64,000 nucleotides of DNA, from NCBI RefSeq assembly GCF_003704095.1, contig NW_020845578.1, positions 248,001 to 312,000 on the forward strand, read 5' to 3'. The stretch's first letter is position 1. Each line of letters begins with the position of its first letter. The translations under genes were made by a program, and so were the position numbers. This DNA comes from Pocillopora damicornis. Lineage: Eukaryota. Shown here piece after piece: positions 59,891 through 64,000 of this stretch. The notes below the pieces were generated by a model. It saw only the letters and a list, made by a program, of their open reading frames with translations, had not been told where the DNA came from and ran no database searches.

Positions 59891-62800
59891 ATGGACGACC
59901 AGCACCTAAAAGCGAAGAGATATGGAGTTGAAGTTTTTTTGTCCAAAGAAAATCCCGAGTTAGCCCCAGAGTGTCCTCACGGTAGGTCATGCGCCCATTT
60001 TCTGAGTGTCGACTCTGAAATATGATTGTATTGCAAGCTGAAGTGCATTAATACGTCTCATCTTTGATTTGTAGCTGCCTCTTTATTAATTATTATTGCT
60101 TTAGGATTTGTTGAATTGAATTCTTGATGTCGAACATTTGTGGTTTAAAACATAAAATTAGAAGCTTATTTTAAAGTATCAGGACTAACCAAACCAACAA
60201 CCAAAAAGCAGTGCTTTTTATTGTGTTTTCGTTGTAAGAGCTGTTCTTCAGCTGTTGTATTGTTGAAACAGTGGCGAAAGAAAACATACTTAAAACGCCA
60301 GCCATTGTTTCACTCGCAAATTTCCAGCGTAGCCAAATGTTGTGGCATCCAAGGCTCGCATTTGATTTGCTATCTGTGAATTTCTTTGATTATTGACCAA
60401 TCAGAATGTCTGGTTTGTTACTTTCTTTGCACTGGATTAACCCTCTTCTGCATTATATTACCTGAAAACTGCATTTATCTTAACCAATCAGAACTGAGTA
60501 ATTTTTTCATGTATGTTATTATTATGGTAACTGCACAGTTCTTTTTACATGACTTTGCTTTGTCCCAGTGTTGACTCTTTTTGCAACAAAATGTTATCAG
60601 CTGAATCTATTCACTGCTGTATGGGTCACAGTGTGGTTGTCATGTGATAGATCCAAACTTGAGATCCCCGGTGGCATCTTACAATTTTATACTCACAAGA
60701 ATTTGGCTTTAACAGTAATTGAAATATGACTCTACCAACAAATACATGGCAGTTATCGCCATGTATCTCTTGCCTAAAATCACTTTCACATGGTAGAATC
60801 GCCTCTTTACACATAACTGCTAATCATCCATGTGATTACACTTGTAAGGTAAAATGACTCACTAAACAATTGGAGTTGTGTGGCAATAAATATTTCTTGA
60901 TTGTTCTACTTTTTTTAATCTGGTTCAATAGTAACTTACTAAAGTGTTTTGTGTTACATAGCGTTATCACTGCAAGGAAAGTTCCTATTACTCAATTGTG
61001 TCATAAATCTACTTTCCTAAGTAAAAGTATACAAGTATTGTATTGTAAATATACTATCTTGATCAATGAATAAAGGACAATTGAATGAGGAATGAGAAGA
61101 GTCAATGAGAAGAATCACTTGACCTATGAATACTCTATACCTCGCATCAAGTGTTGTTCATACTGCATTCTGCTATTTGGGATCAAACATTTTTGAATGG
61201 GGAAAGTTCTCCTTTTTTTTTTTTAATTTTTAGTTGTTTCATCTCCCTTGATAAGATCAACAACTGTCCTTGGGTGGCAAAAAGCTTAATTTTTTTCATT
61301 AATTCCTTGACTATGAAAGAAAGATTCAGTGCAGATCTACATTTTTTGGTCAATATATTATTCTCATTCCCTCAGAAGTAACCATATGTAAATTATTATC
61401 TCTGCTTTGCCTTTAAGGACCAATGCTCCTGTTTGAAAGATTTTACAAGGATGGTCGGTTACCCCGCAGGTTCTATGCCTGCTCAGCATCCAGAGACAGA
61501 AAACACTGTTCATTTTTTCAGTGGGAGGGAGATGTATTGTCAGAGGCTAGGAAGGAGGCTCATCAAGGAATGATACAAACTTTCAGACAGTCACATAATG
61601 AAGCCTGTTTAAGATACTCTAGCATTTTCCATGAATCAGATAATCTTCAAGGGAAGAAAAGTTTTCTTTGTCACTCTTGTGGCCTGCTGTTTCAGCATAA
61701 CCAAAAGAAAAATCATCTGTCACATGATTATGAAGAAGCCGTTGATTTGTCCAAGCCAACTCTCATACTGAGACCAAAAGAAAATGAAAAGACACAAGCA
61801 GTATGTATCATGAACAATGTATGTAAATGACACACTAACATGGATGCTGTGTTGTAGTATCGGGAATGAGTGAAACTAGCCCACATACATTTGACTTTCA
61901 GCCCCCTTTTGAACACTACTCTGACATGCACACCATACCTGTCCATTGATAAATCAGACCAGTTCCTTAATTGATGTAATTCAGTCCCTCCATTATACTC
62001 TCATTGATCCTTGCAATGTCCCTAGTGCCCCTATTTTACTGCATTTCGATTACATGATTGTATAGTGAATGCTTCTATTACTTTGCACTGGTGCATGTAG
62101 ATGATTATTTCTTCTTCCCTTTTAGCAATACTTTTTTTCAAGTAAGACAACACAGTTCCTCATTTGTCTACTTAAGGAATTAGGATTTCACAATGTGCTA
62201 TGTGTAGGCACACCAAGGTATGTGTATTGATTCATGTTTTATTAATTTATTTATGTATTTGCAATATTTAGACAAGCTAGTCCAGTTCAGCTTTAAAGCT
62301 GGTTTGAATCCTTTGGTTCTCTACTCTTTGCATGAGTTCTTTTATATCCCATGCTAACCAGAACAGAGAAGATGCAGGAGATGGGGCCTATGGTTTATGG
62401 TCCTTATCCTTGAACAGTAGAATGTCTAACCATTGAAGGAAGTTGTAGCAAAGGCAGTACATTCTTCTCTGTTACTTTAATATGCTGAGGGTTGGTTCTG
62501 CGCTCTACAACATGAGTGAACCATGCATGGTGAAGTGAATTTTTTCTTGTTTACATCACTGTTGCTATCTTATGAGGTGACTGGGTTGATTTATTACATT
62601 CATATGTCCACATAAGGGTCTATTCCACACTTTCTTTTCTATACTAAAAGAAAAAAATCATGATGACAAATTTAATTTGGTAAACCTGATTAATATCATC
62701 TAATGTAACTGCATTGTACAATTTCAAGGGATGTCATACTCCCACCAGGTGAAACGTTTCGTTAATGTCACAATAATACTTACACTGGTAGGAGATGTAC

Positions 62801-63756
62801 TTCAATTCAATGTTTCCATTGTTTTGTTTTCATAGAGTTCACGAAGAAATTCAAGCCAGCCGGAAATCTGATAACTTTCCATCTGGTTGTTTGGATAGTC
62901 TTCTTCTGGACATCGACTTCAGATATGTATGTCATGATATTCTCTAGGAGTTGGAATGTGGCAGATATCCCTCAACTCATTTTCATGTTTAAACATTTCT
63001 TAAATGTGACAAGATTCTGCAGTATTTTTACTGTAATTATTATTATTATCATTACTCATACAGGCTCAATTTTTTCCACCATCCAAGTATTGCTGGTACA
63101 ATATGTTTAATCATTTCTTCTTTGGAAAACACTCAAGTAGAGAGGTATTCAACTTGTTCATCAGGAGGAAGGGTGTTGTGTTAGTGATGGATCCTCCATT
63201 TGGTGGTCTGATTGAGGTTCTCTCTGTCTCAGTGAAAAAGATCTGGGATACATGGAGACAGGCTCATTTTGATGGTAATTGTCAATGTTAGTTGTGTACC
63301 TCAAAAAAAATGGAAAATGTTTTTACATGTTTTGATTGTTAGAGGCCCATCCTTGTCGCATGAAGGTCTTCAATATTTATGTTTTCTTAAAATTAAATGA
63401 TAACGTGCATTACTGCTCATCATAAAACATTTGAGTTGATATTCTTGCTAAAAGGCAACTGGATTAGTTTATGACTTGTACACTCACCAGCTGATTGAAT
63501 CATATTTGGTGGCCACTTCTGCTTAAATGGGGAAGAAATTTAGTGAGTGCTACGTGAAGAGAACTGGCACTTGATTACAACTAAGGCAAGTCTTCTTTTT
63601 ACATTTTCATTGGGTCTGTCATTATTACCAATACTTTGTAATTTCTTCCTTTCAGGCAAATCAGGGGTTGAGTTACCAACAGTTTGGATATTTCCATATT
63701 TTATGGAGCCTCATATGAGAGCTGCCTTGCCCTCATTCAACATGCTGGATTATAAG
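59891..63756 (+). CDS. ZCCHC4: rRNA N6-adenosine methyltransferase ZCCHC4 (5' six exons; gene continues beyond the window)
   Basis: Phase-consistent exons 59891-59981, 61418-61800, 62126-62217, 62836-62926, 63064-63274 and 63656-63756. Motifs APECPHGPMLLF..RRFYACSASRDRKHCSFFQW (GRF zinc finger), AQYFFS, VLCVGTPRVHE, LLLDIDFRY, YNMFNHFFF, catalytic DPPFGGL, WIFPYFME..MLDYK. Confidence 0.95.
60220..60530. repeat. Interspersed repeat fragment in ZCCHC4 intron 1 (family uncertain)
   Basis: Two ccaatcagaa blocks ending in tttttcatgtatgttatta. Resembles a widespread anthozoan repeat terminus (recall only). Confidence 0.35.
62340..62525 (-). repeat. Degenerate SINE-like repeat in ZCCHC4 intron 3
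   Basis: ggggcctatggtttatggtccttatcc...gaatgtctaaccattg...caaaggcagtacattcttctctgttactttaa resembles the core of a common cnidarian tRNA-derived SINE (recall only). Confidence 0.4.
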
Positions 63757-64000
63757 GTCTGGATTACGATGTATCTGTCATTTCAAATTTAATGACTAAC
63801 ATGGGATACGTGAACATTCACACTGAGAATTTACCTAGGTTAGTGAATTGATTGAGGTTAACTTCACTTTTTGGTGAAATGAGGTTATCACTTAGACTGA
63901 AGAGGAATATACATGTACATTTACCACCGCCAGATGAGTGATTGCCTCACCAATACTTCCTTCACTCCCTCACCAGAGAGAATAAGGTCATTTCTTCATC

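Overview
AT-rich (by eye), intron-containing animal genomic DNA. The repeat families and gene content suggest a cnidarian, probably a stony coral (inference). Four protein-coding genes are supported: (1) an aminergic-like class A GPCR with a single coding exon (+, 21833-22915); (2) a 1055-aa protein with 8 C-terminal C2H2 fingers resembling Fez/Gfi (+, 31713-34880); (3) a 22-exon, ~869-aa GAF-GAF-PDEase cGMP phosphodiesterase reconstructed by hand (-, 55302 to 35678), with a PDE6-like polybasic CaaX tail ([10 protein letters not shown]), one GC-AG intron and a perfect CRE upstream; (4) the 5' part of ZCCHC4 (+, from 59891, running off the window). The first ~21 kb has no recognisable coding gene. 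The PDE introns carry many mobile sequences: a Harbinger-type element with a micro-inverted left end, containing a second TIR element that encodes a spliced CaRF/ALS2CR8-like domain; minimal hammerhead-ribozyme motifs; a tRNA-derived tandem array; and a GAG-terminal element with a 6-bp TSD and a decayed ORF. Elsewhere there are Tc1/pogo-type and IS3EU-type MITEs, a LINE remnant, local duplications and three N gaps. Family assignments rest on my recall of motifs; no search was run.
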